Source of the DNA: Kiritimatiella glycovorans
GTDB lineage: Bacteria; Verrucomicrobiota; Kiritimatiellia; Kiritimatiellales; Kiritimatiellaceae
Direction: 5' to 3'
DNA: 32,000 bases
Assembly (NCBI RefSeq): GCF_001017655.1
Contig: NZ_CP010904.1
Location: forward strand, 1,560,001-1,592,000
Positions 8,457 to 17,001 of this stretch are shown in pieces; within the stretch, counting starts at the first letter, position 1; the number at the start of each line of letters is the position of its first letter. The position numbers and the translations under genes were made by a program. Under the pieces are notes generated by a model. That model made no database searches and was not told the DNA's origin. It was given only the letters and a program-made list of their open reading frames with translations.

Positions 8457-9299
8457 TCAGTTGGACAGCTCGCGCCTTAATTCCTCGCATTGTTCCCGAT
8501 AATCATCGTTGAACTGTTCCTCGGGAAGCCAGAAGAACATCTTGAAAGGATCCGCCGAAAAATTATTTACGAGGCGGACATCCGTCAGGCTGACGTGTCC
8601 GTCGGCCCACAGGATGTGGCCCCGACCCTCGTGACGCCCTCCCCAGACGCTCTGGGAGGGCACCCGGCCGGAGAGGATCCAGGCCATCTGCCCTGATCCG
8701 TACTTTTCGACTTCCTCGGCGGCGTGACCGCTCTCGGCCAGGACGATGAACTTCGACGGGAAGCGGATCTGAGCAAAGCGCAGCTGCGGACGGTAGGTGG
8801 GGCCGAGCATGAGGTTTCCGAGTTCGACATTGCATCCGTACGACGGCTCCAGGTAGGGATGCGTCGCGTCCGGATCCTCGAAGTACCGGCGATCGGCCGG
8901 ACAGCGCAGGACATCGGGGAGCCGGGTCGACGGGTCGTTGGGATCGTAGCGCTCGCCGTAATGGTCCCCGATATCATAATTGATATACGGACCGATCCCG
9001 ACGTCGCGGCTCCCGTGGGGTCCTTCCGGATCCAGCGCCGGGGAACACCAGCTCTGTGCAGTGCAATGCCAGAACCCGCCCTGGATCCTGATGAGCGGCA
9101 TGCGGCCGTCGTGATCCGCCGTATACTGCTGAACCGCCGTCCCGAGCGTTTTCATGTTGCCCATACAACCGGTCGCGTCGGCCATGGCACGCATCTTCGT
9201 AAAGGCCCCGAACATCAGACCCGCAAGCAGGGCAATAATCGCCAGGACCACCAGCAGCTCGATCAGCGTGAATCCCTTATAATCGCTTTTGTGTTTCAT
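8457..9299 (-). CDS. Prepilin-type N-terminal cleavage/methylation domain protein of the DUF1559 / H-X9-DG class (type II secretion/type IV pilin-like)
   Basis: The N-terminus has KG|FTLIELLVVLAIIALLAGL, the class III signal and methylation motif. The C-terminal HEGRGHILWADGHV fits H-X9-DG exactly. TGA stop at 8457. Confidence 0.85.
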   Translation of the reverse strand: MKHKSDYKGFTLIELLVVLAIIALLAGLMFGAFTKMRAMADATGCMGNMKTLGTAVQQYTADHDGRMPLIRIQGGFWHCTAQSWCSPALDPEGPHGSRDVGIGPYINYDIGDHYGERYDPNDPSTRLPDVLRCPADRRYFEDPDATHPYLEPSYGCNVELGNLMLGPTYRPQLRFAQIRFPSKFIVLAESGHAAEEVEKYGSGQMAWILSGRVPSQSVWGGRHEGRGHILWADGHVSLTDVRLVNNFSADPFKMFFWLPEEQFNDDYREQCEELRRELSN

Positions 9300-9347
9300 G
9301 CGCCCTCCCTCATTTCAAGGCCCGCGCACCATGTCCTCTTCTCACCC

Positions 9348-10802
9348 TCATGCGTCTTCGCGTTTTTCAAACGCCTCCATCTGGACGCGGGTGACGGGGT
9401 ATTTGTACAGGAACACTCCCGCGATGCAGATGACGACCGGACCGCTGATGAAGGTCAGGATGGCGATGTTACGTACGGCCTCGGGGGTCTGGTCCGTGGC
9501 GCCCGAGACGATCCCGGCCAGGCCGACCAGTGAGCCGCAGATAAACATCCCGATCGAGCCCGCCGCCTTCGCGCAGAACGTGAACACCGACGCGTAGCCC
9601 GCATTCTTCAGCTTGCCGGTATTCTGCTCGTTGATCGCCGCGACGTCGGCGATCATCGAACTGGCCAGCGGTACGAGGAAGCCGCAACCGCCCCACCAGC
9701 ACATCTGCAGGAGGCCGAACACGAGGGTGGCGACGGAAAACGATTTTCCGAACAGGGTAAAGGGGATCTGCCCCGGCTCCATCAGGCCGCCGATAAACAC
9801 GGCCAGCAGGCTCAGCCCCCCGAATACGGCCATCCCGATCCCGATAAATCCGGCCGGCTTCTTATCGAACCGGCGGACCAGCCTGGACACGTTCAGCGAG
9901 GCGAAGGCGAAGGCGAGCATCCCGCCCCCGTGCACAAAGGTCTTCTCAAAGGCGCTGAATTTCATAAAGAAGACGTAGGTGAACATCTGGGTCTGGGCCA
10001 TGAGCATGAACGAGAGCGTGGCGAGCATAAAGAAGCCGAACACGGCCAGGGCGAGCCGATCCCGCAGGATGGAGGAGAAGTCGACCCAGAAATCGCGGAT
10101 CGAGTTGCCTTCGACCGGTTCCTTCCGGTTGTCCACCGCGTAGTTGCGGGTACCCCAGCAGCAGATCGACACCAGCGTCATGATCGCCACACCGAGTGAA
10201 ATGGCCATGAGCAGGTAATTTCCGGGGATCAGGGCACCGTCGATCATCTCACCCGCCTCGTTCATTTCCTCCTGGAAGAACAGCGACCAGGCCATGGCGC
10301 CGAAGAGGAAGTTGCAGGTCTGATTGATGAAGAACCGCGCCCCCTGCAGGCGTGCGCGGGATTCGTATTCGGGGCAGATCTCGAAGCCCAGCGCGGTATA
10401 CGGCACCATGTATACGGTCAGGGCCGTGCGGATCATCAGGTTGAGCACCAGGGCGACGATGAAGATCAGCACCGGCGAACTCAGAAGCTGCGGCAGGGTC
10501 CAGAAGGAGACGAAGAGTGCCGCGCTCAGAAATCCCCCGATCAGCACGTACGGATGGCGCCGCCCCCAGCGGGTTCGCGTATTATCCGAGATGTGACCCA
10601 TGATCGGATCGGTGATCGCATCCCAGAAAATGGCGACGCTGATGGCCAGCGAGGCCCACGCCGGATTGAGTCCCAGGATCTGGGTGAGGTAGATCATGGC
10701 GAAGTTGCTCATGCCGTTCATCGTGATCGAGAACGCGCCGTCACCCACGGCGTACTTGAAGATGTCCAGCTGACTTTTCTGTCCGGTTCGGGATTGTGCC
10801 AT
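9348..10802 (-). CDS. GPH-family glycoside/pentoside/hexuronide:cation symporter (MelB/YicJ-like MFS)
   Basis: Polytopic membrane ORF. GPH signatures are YAVGDGAFSITMNGMSNFAMIYLTQILGL and DAITDPIMGHISDNTRTRWGRRHPY. The preferred start is the ATG at 10802 (MAQSRTGQK), with AAGGAAA 7 nt upstream; the ORF track starts 12 codons earlier. TGA stop at 9348. Confidence 0.85.
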   Translation of the reverse strand: MAQSRTGQKSQLDIFKYAVGDGAFSITMNGMSNFAMIYLTQILGLNPAWASLAISVAIFWDAITDPIMGHISDNTRTRWGRRHPYVLIGGFLSAALFVSFWTLPQLLSSPVLIFIVALVLNLMIRTALTVYMVPYTALGFEICPEYESRARLQGARFFINQTCNFLFGAMAWSLFFQEEMNEAGEMIDGALIPGNYLLMAISLGVAIMTLVSICCWGTRNYAVDNRKEPVEGNSIRDFWVDFSSILRDRLALAVFGFFMLATLSFMLMAQTQMFTYVFFMKFSAFEKTFVHGGGMLAFAFASLNVSRLVRRFDKKPAGFIGIGMAVFGGLSLLAVFIGGLMEPGQIPFTLFGKSFSVATLVFGLLQMCWWGGCGFLVPLASSMIADVAAINEQNTGKLKNAGYASVFTFCAKAAGSIGMFICGSLVGLAGIVSGATDQTPEAVRNIAILTFISGPVVICIAGVFLYKYPVTRVQMEAFEKREDA

Positions 10803-10864
10803 TACGGATTTCCTTCTGTTCAGCGGCCTGCTCCGCATACGTAATTTGTTGCTCTAATAGATTA

Positions 10865-12616
10865 TCAGCGTTCGCACTCCGGGCGGTTACCCTCCAGGTA
10901 CAGTCTTTTCGTACAGCGGAATCGCGCGGGCGGATTGAACCGGCCGCGCATCTCATTGTTTATGAAGAACAGGTCGGTCTGCATCGGGATCCCCGATGAA
11001 CGGGCACCGAGTGTCAGCCAGTCGACGGAAACCATCGGCTCCCGTTCCAGAAATGCGCAGTCGATGATCCGATTCCCGCGCACGACCAGATACCGGGCCC
11101 AGAATCCCTCGGGCCAGTCGGGGGTATTCTCGATACACAGCGCGTGATTCGACAATCGCTCGAAACGGTTATCTTCGATCAGCCCGTACGAGGCCTTGAT
11201 AAAGCCCCCGTATCTCCGCCCGTCGTGCATGTAATTGTCCCGGTACACGAAATAGTTCCCGGTCGCATCGCGGTTGTAGGCGTGATCGTAGATCTTCCAG
11301 TCGTGCCGGTCAAACGGGGTTCCCTCCGGCGCGAGTTCGAGATCCGGGACCGCCGCGGAAAACGTCACGATCCCGTCCCGCACCGACTCCACGCGCCCGC
11401 CGTGGAGGACCCGTCCGGTCTGCGGGCGGAAGAAAGCGAGCCGGTCGCCCGCCCGGATCCGCTCCGGACGCGTCATCCGGAGCCTCCGGTCGTCGAGCCG
11501 GTCGAGCACATACAGCGGGGTACTGTAGACATTGAGGCAGTCATCGGAAAGCCCCTCGAACTCGCATCCCTCGATCCACGGGCCGACCCGCGCGGCCTGG
11601 CAGTGCACCCCGTCCGCTCCGCTCGTCAGGATGCGTCCGTCGCGCAGACGGCTGCGGCAGTCGAGCACATTGAGACGTGAGGTGGTCGTGCCGACGAACA
11701 GCGATCCCGGGCAGGCGTAGTAGGTAATGCGTTCGAAGGTGATCCGTTCGCTGTCGTCGAACCGGCACCCGCCCGAGGCGCGGCCGACCTGCGCGTAGCG
11801 ATCTCCGGTTTCAATGGTCTCCCATCCCCGGGATCCGGACCGCTCTTTCAGGCGGATCCGGAAGACGCCGTCGCCGCGATCCTCACATGAATCCCGCATC
11901 ATGAAGTTGGGCACGCCGTCCTTGAGTTTTCCGGGATGCGCCGGATCCTTGATCATGCCCCATGAGTTGAAGGACTCGAAAAAGGGATCGGCCGGAGCGG
12001 GAAATCCGGGGTCGACCCGCACGTCGATCCAGCCGGCACGACGATCGAGGTCCGTGACCGTTCCCTGGGTGAACGGGAGGGGATCGTAATCGATGGTGAA
12101 ATCGCGGACGATGACCCGTTTCGAGTCCCGGACCCGGAAGAACCCGCACTCGGGCCGCCGGATCACCATCTCCGCGCCGCGTCCGTCGATCACCACATCT
12201 TCAACCGACCTCAGCATGAGGCCCGCCACCGCAGCGTTACTCAAGCCGGCACCCGGATCCACCATATAGCGGCCGGGCTCGAACACGAGTTCCACGCCGC
12301 CGCCTTTACGGTTTATGGCCTGCATCGCGCGGCGGATCGCCTCGCCGTCCTCGCGCCCGTCATCGGGCACCGCCCCGAAATCGCGCGCATCGATCCGTTC
12401 GAGTCCCTCGATATTCCGAAGCGGCGCTCCGCGGACCTTCAGGATGTGTTCGGCGAGCGCTTCGGCCTCGCGAGTGATCTCGACCGCGCTTCCCGCCGCC
12501 GTTCCCCGGGTCGGGCAGAGCGCGGCTGCAAGAAGGATGACACACCCGGGGATCGCCGCCCTCACCGCGACGGGCGCCCTCCATCCGCGTGTACGCTCAT
12601 GCGGTTTACAACTCAT
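10865..12616 (-). CDS. Secreted right-handed parallel beta-helix protein (pectate-lyase-fold polysaccharide hydrolase/lyase candidate)
   Basis: It has a signal-like N-terminus (AIPGCVILLAAALCPTRG). DARDFGAVPDDGREDGEAIRRAM is typical of beta-helix glycanases, and there are repeated short hydrophobic/Gly/Asn turns. The ATG at 12616-12614 overlaps the upstream TGA (12615-12613) as ATGA. TGA stop at 10865. The specific family is not assignable by eye. Confidence 0.65.
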   Translation of the reverse strand: MSCKPHERTRGWRAPVAVRAAIPGCVILLAAALCPTRGTAAGSAVEITREAEALAEHILKVRGAPLRNIEGLERIDARDFGAVPDDGREDGEAIRRAMQAINRKGGGVELVFEPGRYMVDPGAGLSNAAVAGLMLRSVEDVVIDGRGAEMVIRRPECGFFRVRDSKRVIVRDFTIDYDPLPFTQGTVTDLDRRAGWIDVRVDPGFPAPADPFFESFNSWGMIKDPAHPGKLKDGVPNFMMRDSCEDRGDGVFRIRLKERSGSRGWETIETGDRYAQVGRASGGCRFDDSERITFERITYYACPGSLFVGTTTSRLNVLDCRSRLRDGRILTSGADGVHCQAARVGPWIEGCEFEGLSDDCLNVYSTPLYVLDRLDDRRLRMTRPERIRAGDRLAFFRPQTGRVLHGGRVESVRDGIVTFSAAVPDLELAPEGTPFDRHDWKIYDHAYNRDATGNYFVYRDNYMHDGRRYGGFIKASYGLIEDNRFERLSNHALCIENTPDWPEGFWARYLVVRGNRIIDCAFLEREPMVSVDWLTLGARSSGIPMQTDLFFINNEMRGRFNPPARFRCTKRLYLEGNRPECER

Positions 12617-14505
12617 TCGAAATCCCACCGCCTGAGCACACGGCCCTTTCCGTCGAGCAGCTCGATCTCTTCCATTACTACGGGGTCCTCACCGCGGGGC
12701 ACATCGATACGCACCCCGATCAGTTCGTCCCCGACCTCAAAATCCATGATATAGTCATGCCGGCGCCCGTCGCCCTGAAGCCGGAATTCCGTACTCCGTT
12801 CCCTTCGAAACTGCCAGTCGCTGCGATCGGACCAGAAGAAGCGCCCCTGCCCTTCGCGCGAGCTGCGCGCCGTCCATCGCAGCGCCAGGCTTCCGGTCTC
12901 GCGCGGCAGCCCGCGCGTGGAGATCCCGCGTCCGGTGACGATCAGGGTGCCGGCGTCCGTCTCCGGCCATCCGCTGTGCCGGTCCGCTCCGTTCCATCCG
13001 GCGACGGGCAGCAGCGAGGGATCGTAATCGGGATTCGGGATCGGGGGACGATCACAGAGGGTCCTGTAATGGTCCTTCAGCATACGGGCCATTTGCCGTG
13101 TCCGCTCGGGATACTGTTCCGCCAGATTTTCCGTCTCGCCGAGGTCGGCCTCCAGGTTATAAAGCTGGTATCGGTCCGGATGCAGATCGGAGACGTAGAA
13201 ATTCTCGATCAGTTTCCAGTCGCCCATCCGAACCCAGCACCCGGCCGGCGAGCGCTCGCCGAAATTATGCGGGAAGAAGCAGTAGATCGCCTCGCGATCC
13301 GGCGGCGTGCCCGCCTTCAGGGTCGGGACCAGGCTCACGCCGTCGATCGTCTGGTCGGGATGCTTCGCGATACCGCACATCTCAAGCAGGGTGGGATAGT
13401 AATCGACCCCCGTGATGACCGCCTCGCTCACGCGTTCCCGGTCGGCGACCCCCGGCCAGCGGATCATCGCCGGCACGCGCGATCCTCCCTCGAAAATCGT
13501 CCCCTTTCCCTTCTTCAGCGGCGCATTGCTCGTGGCGGGGACCCCGCCGTCGGCCTTAACCCCTTTCCATTCGACCCCGCCGTTATCGGAGGTGAAGACG
13601 ATGATGGTATTCTCGTCGAGGCCGGCCTCCTCCAGGTAGTCGAGGATATCCCCGAGGCTCTCATCGACGCTGTGGATCATAGCCGCGTAGGTCGGACTCT
13701 TCTGGACGCCGCGCGGGTCCGGGTGATTCCGGTAGTACTCGATCAGATCCTCTTTGGCCTGAAACGGGCCGTGAACCCCCCAGTGCCAGAGACAGAGGAA
13801 GAACGGGCGGTCGTCCCGGCTCCTCAGAAACCCGAGCGCCTCATCGGTGGCGCGGTCGGTCAGGTATTCGCCCTCCGGGCCGTCCGTGACATTCCCCGCC
13901 CGGAAGCGGTAGGGCGAGAAGTAGCTCGGCGGGCCCGGATCGGGCGCGCCGTGAAACGTCGACTCAAACCCCTGTTCTTCGGGCCAGTACTCCGGCGCGA
14001 GGCCCATGTGCCACTTACCGACGAACCCCGTCCTGTACCCCGCGTCGCGGAACGCCTCGGCCAGGGTGTACTGATCGAGTTCGAGAACGCGGCGGCTGTA
14101 CGGGAGCAGGTATTCCGAGCCCACCGGCACATGTTCGCGCTGGTAGTCGGGATCGTCTTCGCGCTGCGGGGTATGGCCCCAGGCCGTCGTCATGCCGTGC
14201 CGGGCCGGGTACTGCCCGCTCATGATCGATGCCCGGCTGGGCGAACAGAGCGGACTGGCCGAGTAGGCGTTGACGAACCGGACGCTCGATTCCGCCAGCC
14301 GCTCCATGGCCGGGGTCGGATAGAACGTCGATCCGTAGACCGAGCTGTCCGTCCAGCCCATATCATCCACAAGAAAAAAGAGGACGTTGGGTGCATCCTC
14401 CTGCGCCCGCACCCCCCGGATCCCCCACGAGAGCGGGATGAGGAACACGGCGATCAGCATCCTGAAATAATTGCGCATGTAATCCTGTCTCCGGCTGCTT
14501 TTCAT
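12613..14505 (-). CDS. Formylglycine-dependent sulfatase, exported, with a ~150-aa C-terminal extra (beta-sandwich-like) domain
   Basis: Signal peptide (MRNYFRMLIAVFLIPLSWGIRGVRAQ). Motifs are LFFLVDDMGW, CSPSRASIMSGQYP, GKWHMG and FTSDNGG. The ATG at 14505-14503 overlaps the upstream TGA (14504-14502). An alternative start is the ATG at 14478. Confidence 0.9.
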   Translation of the reverse strand: MKSSRRQDYMRNYFRMLIAVFLIPLSWGIRGVRAQEDAPNVLFFLVDDMGWTDSSVYGSTFYPTPAMERLAESSVRFVNAYSASPLCSPSRASIMSGQYPARHGMTTAWGHTPQREDDPDYQREHVPVGSEYLLPYSRRVLELDQYTLAEAFRDAGYRTGFVGKWHMGLAPEYWPEEQGFESTFHGAPDPGPPSYFSPYRFRAGNVTDGPEGEYLTDRATDEALGFLRSRDDRPFFLCLWHWGVHGPFQAKEDLIEYYRNHPDPRGVQKSPTYAAMIHSVDESLGDILDYLEEAGLDENTIIVFTSDNGGVEWKGVKADGGVPATSNAPLKKGKGTIFEGGSRVPAMIRWPGVADRERVSEAVITGVDYYPTLLEMCGIAKHPDQTIDGVSLVPTLKAGTPPDREAIYCFFPHNFGERSPAGCWVRMGDWKLIENFYVSDLHPDRYQLYNLEADLGETENLAEQYPERTRQMARMLKDHYRTLCDRPPIPNPDYDPSLLPVAGWNGADRHSGWPETDAGTLIVTGRGISTRGLPRETGSLALRWTARSSREGQGRFFWSDRSDWQFRRERSTEFRLQGDGRRHDYIMDFEVGDELIGVRIDVPRGEDPVVMEEIELLDGKGRVLRRWDFE

Positions 14506-15749
14506 TCCCAGCGTTCGAAGTCCTCCTGCGCCATGCGGCAGACCTCGCGCGATTCGTCATACTCCTCGCGCAGGGCGCGAAGCTCGCGGAGGACGGAGGC
14601 GTGAGCGGGGTCGTCGGCCAGGTCGCGCATCTCCCACGGGTCGTCCTTCAGGTTGAACAGGCGGTCCGTTTCGCCCCGACGCTCATGGATCAGCTTGAAA
14701 TCGCCCCGGTAGATGACGCGGTGTTTCATGCGCGGCGTGGACGCCACCAGCCACTCGCGCCAGTCGCCCGCACCGCCTTCCACCAGCGGCCGGAAGCTCA
14801 TGTCGTGGTTGCGCGGCATGCGTTCGACCCCCGCGTAATCGCAGATCGTCGGCGCCATATCCAGTCCGCTCACCAGGTGTGTCCGGTCGCGGCGCGGCGC
14901 GGCGGACGGATCGACCACCGCCAGCGGGATGCGGAGACTGTGCTCATAGGGGGTGCCCTTGGTGAGGTGTCCGTGTTCGCCGCTGGCCTGGCCGTGGTCC
15001 GAGGAGAAGATGAAAATGGTGCGGTCGCGCTCCGGCGAGCGCTGAAAGGCGCGGTAGATCCGTCCGAGGTCCCCGTCGATCATCTCCACGAACCGGAAGT
15101 ACGCATGGGCGTAGAACCGCCATTCCAGCTCCGTCCAGTCCGTGGCCGCGCGTTCGGGATCGAAGTTCGGCGGCAGCGGGGGGAGGCGATCCCTTATCCG
15201 GTCCGCGATCCCGAACTTGCCCGGGCTGTACCTGAACGACCAGTAGCAGATGTCGTGGGGATTGAGCAGGCCGACGCTGAGAAAGAACGGGCGTTCGCCG
15301 CGGTGGTTCAGGAGAAAATCCTCCGCCGCCCGCGCGAGCGCCGTGTCGCCGTACTCGCCGACCGGATTCGAGCCGTGCAGCTGTTCAAACCCGCACTCCT
15401 GCGGCTTGATAGCAATGTGCCATTTACCCATGTAATACGAGTCGTATCCGCCCCGATCGCGCAGCCACGTCCCGAGATCCGTGGGATGGACCTCCTCGCG
15501 GTCGATCCAGCGCGGGTTCTCGGTGATCCCGCTCTGATCCGGTTCGAGCCCCGTATACCAGCTTGTGCGAGAGGGGACGCACACCGGGACGGTGGCGTAA
15601 TACCGGTCGAAGGAGACCGCGTCGTTCATGATGCGGTCCATGCCGGGGGTCCGGACCCGCTCGCAGCCGCAGGCCCCGATCGCGGACTGCTTGAGCTGGT
15701 CGACGTGGACGAAAACGATATTCGGTCTCCGGCTCATCTTACCCGCCAT
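14502..15749 (-). CDS. Formylglycine-type sulfatase without a recognisable signal peptide (probably cytoplasmic)
   Basis: The preferred start is the ATG at 15749 (MAGKMSRRPNIVFVHVDQL), with GAGGAGG upstream, 2 nt after the TGA of the preceding gene. Motifs are CVPSRTSWYTG (C-x-P-x-R), GKWHI and FSSDHGQ. The catalytic core starts about 10 residues after the Met, so there is no room for an export signal. Confidence 0.85.
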   Translation of the reverse strand: MAGKMSRRPNIVFVHVDQLKQSAIGACGCERVRTPGMDRIMNDAVSFDRYYATVPVCVPSRTSWYTGLEPDQSGITENPRWIDREEVHPTDLGTWLRDRGGYDSYYMGKWHIAIKPQECGFEQLHGSNPVGEYGDTALARAAEDFLLNHRGERPFFLSVGLLNPHDICYWSFRYSPGKFGIADRIRDRLPPLPPNFDPERAATDWTELEWRFYAHAYFRFVEMIDGDLGRIYRAFQRSPERDRTIFIFSSDHGQASGEHGHLTKGTPYEHSLRIPLAVVDPSAAPRRDRTHLVSGLDMAPTICDYAGVERMPRNHDMSFRPLVEGGAGDWREWLVASTPRMKHRVIYRGDFKLIHERRGETDRLFNLKDDPWEMRDLADDPAHASVLRELRALREEYDESREVCRMAQEDFERWE

Positions 15750-15751
15750 GG

Positions 15752-15961
15752 TCAGGCCTCCTCGATCCTGTTCAGGGCCCATCCGAGCTGCCCGTGGGTG
15801 ACAAAGAGCGTGCGGCGGTCCGCGTCCACCGCATAGTGCAGAGGTTCGATCCCGCGGCCGAGCTGCTCGTACACGCGCAGCTCGACCGGCCCGCCGGAGG
15901 TCTCGACCGCGACACCGCGCGCAAACCGCAGCACCTGATCGCGGCGCATGTTTGAAAGATC
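15752..15961 (-). pseudogene. 3' fragment of an IS-split gene (continues from 18745-19421)
   Basis: After in-silico removal of 15962-18752, the minus-strand frame runs ...EVPMDMMMDLS|NMRRDQVLRFARGV...NRIEEA* without a frameshift, giving 879 nt or 292 aa in total. The TGA at 15752-15754 lies 2 nt before the next sulfatase ATG. Confidence 0.85.
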
Positions 15962-16089
15962 GTAACTACTCAGGTAGCCCCACCATGGCGCTACCACTGG
16001 AACAATCGTAGACTACCCCCCCCGAGCGCAACAGAAAAAACCCGATTTTCTTCTGGACTCGGATCGCGTGGTCTTCTACGCTGCTGACC

Positions 16090-17001
16090 ATGGCACAGGC
16101 TATGGTCATTCAGGGGCGGAGAATCACGGACGGCGAGATCGCCTTGATCCGGGATTTGATGGCAGAGCATCGGGACTGGGGGCGTACCCGCCTGAGCGAA
16201 GAACTGTGCCGCTGCTGGAACTGGCGCAACGCGCAGGGCCGTATCAAGGACATGGCGGCGCGCTCCCTGCTGTTGAAGCTGGAGCGACGCGGATGCATCG
16301 AGTTGCCGGCGCGTCAACGCCCGTCTTCCAATCATTTCCGCAACCGGTGCGTGCCTGCCGTAGAACCTGCCGCCGAACCGATTCGCTCTGACCTGAGCGC
16401 ATTGCGGCCCCTGTCGGCAGACCTTGTCGCCCCACGTTCGGATAACTCGCAGTTGTTCAAAGGGCTGCTGGGCCGATACCACTACTTGGGCCATCGCAAC
16501 ACGGTGGGCGAGAACCTGCGCTATCTGATCCGCGACCGGCACGGTCGGCTCGTGGCCTGTGCGCTGTTCGGTTCGGCGGCATGGAAATGCGCGGATCGGG
16601 ATCGTTTCCTCGGCTGGGATCGGGCCTGCCGTGAACGCAATCTCCAGGCATTGACCAACAATACGCGTTTCCTGATCCTGCCCTGGGTCGAAGTCCCGCA
16701 TCTGGCCAGCCACGTCCTCGGCCTCATTGCCCGGCGCATCCGGGATGACTGGCAGGGCAAGTACGCTCATCCCGTGCATGCCTTGGAAACGTTCGTGGAC
16801 CGTTCCCGATTCAAAGGCACCTGCTACCGGGCCGCGAACTGGATGCGCCTGGGCGCAACGCAGGGGCGGACCCGCAACGATCGAGACCGCCGCATCCAGG
16901 CGCCGGTCAAGGACGTGTATCTGTATCCGCTCATCCCGGACTTCCGGCGGGAGTTGTGCGCACCCGCCTGCTCCCGAACCGAAGGGAGGGCGGGCAGGTG
17001 A
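16090..17001 (+). CDS. DUF4338-domain protein (DruA-like), IS-encoded accessory ORF
   Basis: 303 aa. The N-terminal winged-helix-like segment is RTRLSEELCRCWNWRNAQGRIKDMAARSLLLKLERRGCIELP. The C-terminal motif series is YHYLGHRNTVGENLRY, RDRFLGW, NNTRFLILPWV, LASHVLGL, LETFVDRSRFKGTCYRAANW. I recognise this as DUF4338 by motif recognition, not by a search. The TGA at 16999-17001 shares its A with the transposase ATG. Confidence 0.7.
   Translation: MAQAMVIQGRRITDGEIALIRDLMAEHRDWGRTRLSEELCRCWNWRNAQGRIKDMAARSLLLKLERRGCIELPARQRPSSNHFRNRCVPAVEPAAEPIRSDLSALRPLSADLVAPRSDNSQLFKGLLGRYHYLGHRNTVGENLRYLIRDRHGRLVACALFGSAAWKCADRDRFLGWDRACRERNLQALTNNTRFLILPWVEVPHLASHVLGLIARRIRDDWQGKYAHPVHALETFVDRSRFKGTCYRAANWMRLGATQGRTRNDRDRRIQAPVKDVYLYPLIPDFRRELCAPACSRTEGRAGR

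Noticed and set aside
5580-8480. Several plus-strand ORFs of 157-364 aa (for example 6771-7865 and 7932-8480)
   Set aside because: All are antisense to the FAD-oxidoreductase gene, which has a clear dinucleotide-binding motif and domain structure.
12589-15836. 671-aa and 411-aa plus-strand ORFs (12589-14604 and 14601-15836)
   Set aside because: They are antisense shadows of the two sulfatase genes, with R/P/A-rich composition and no recognisable domains.
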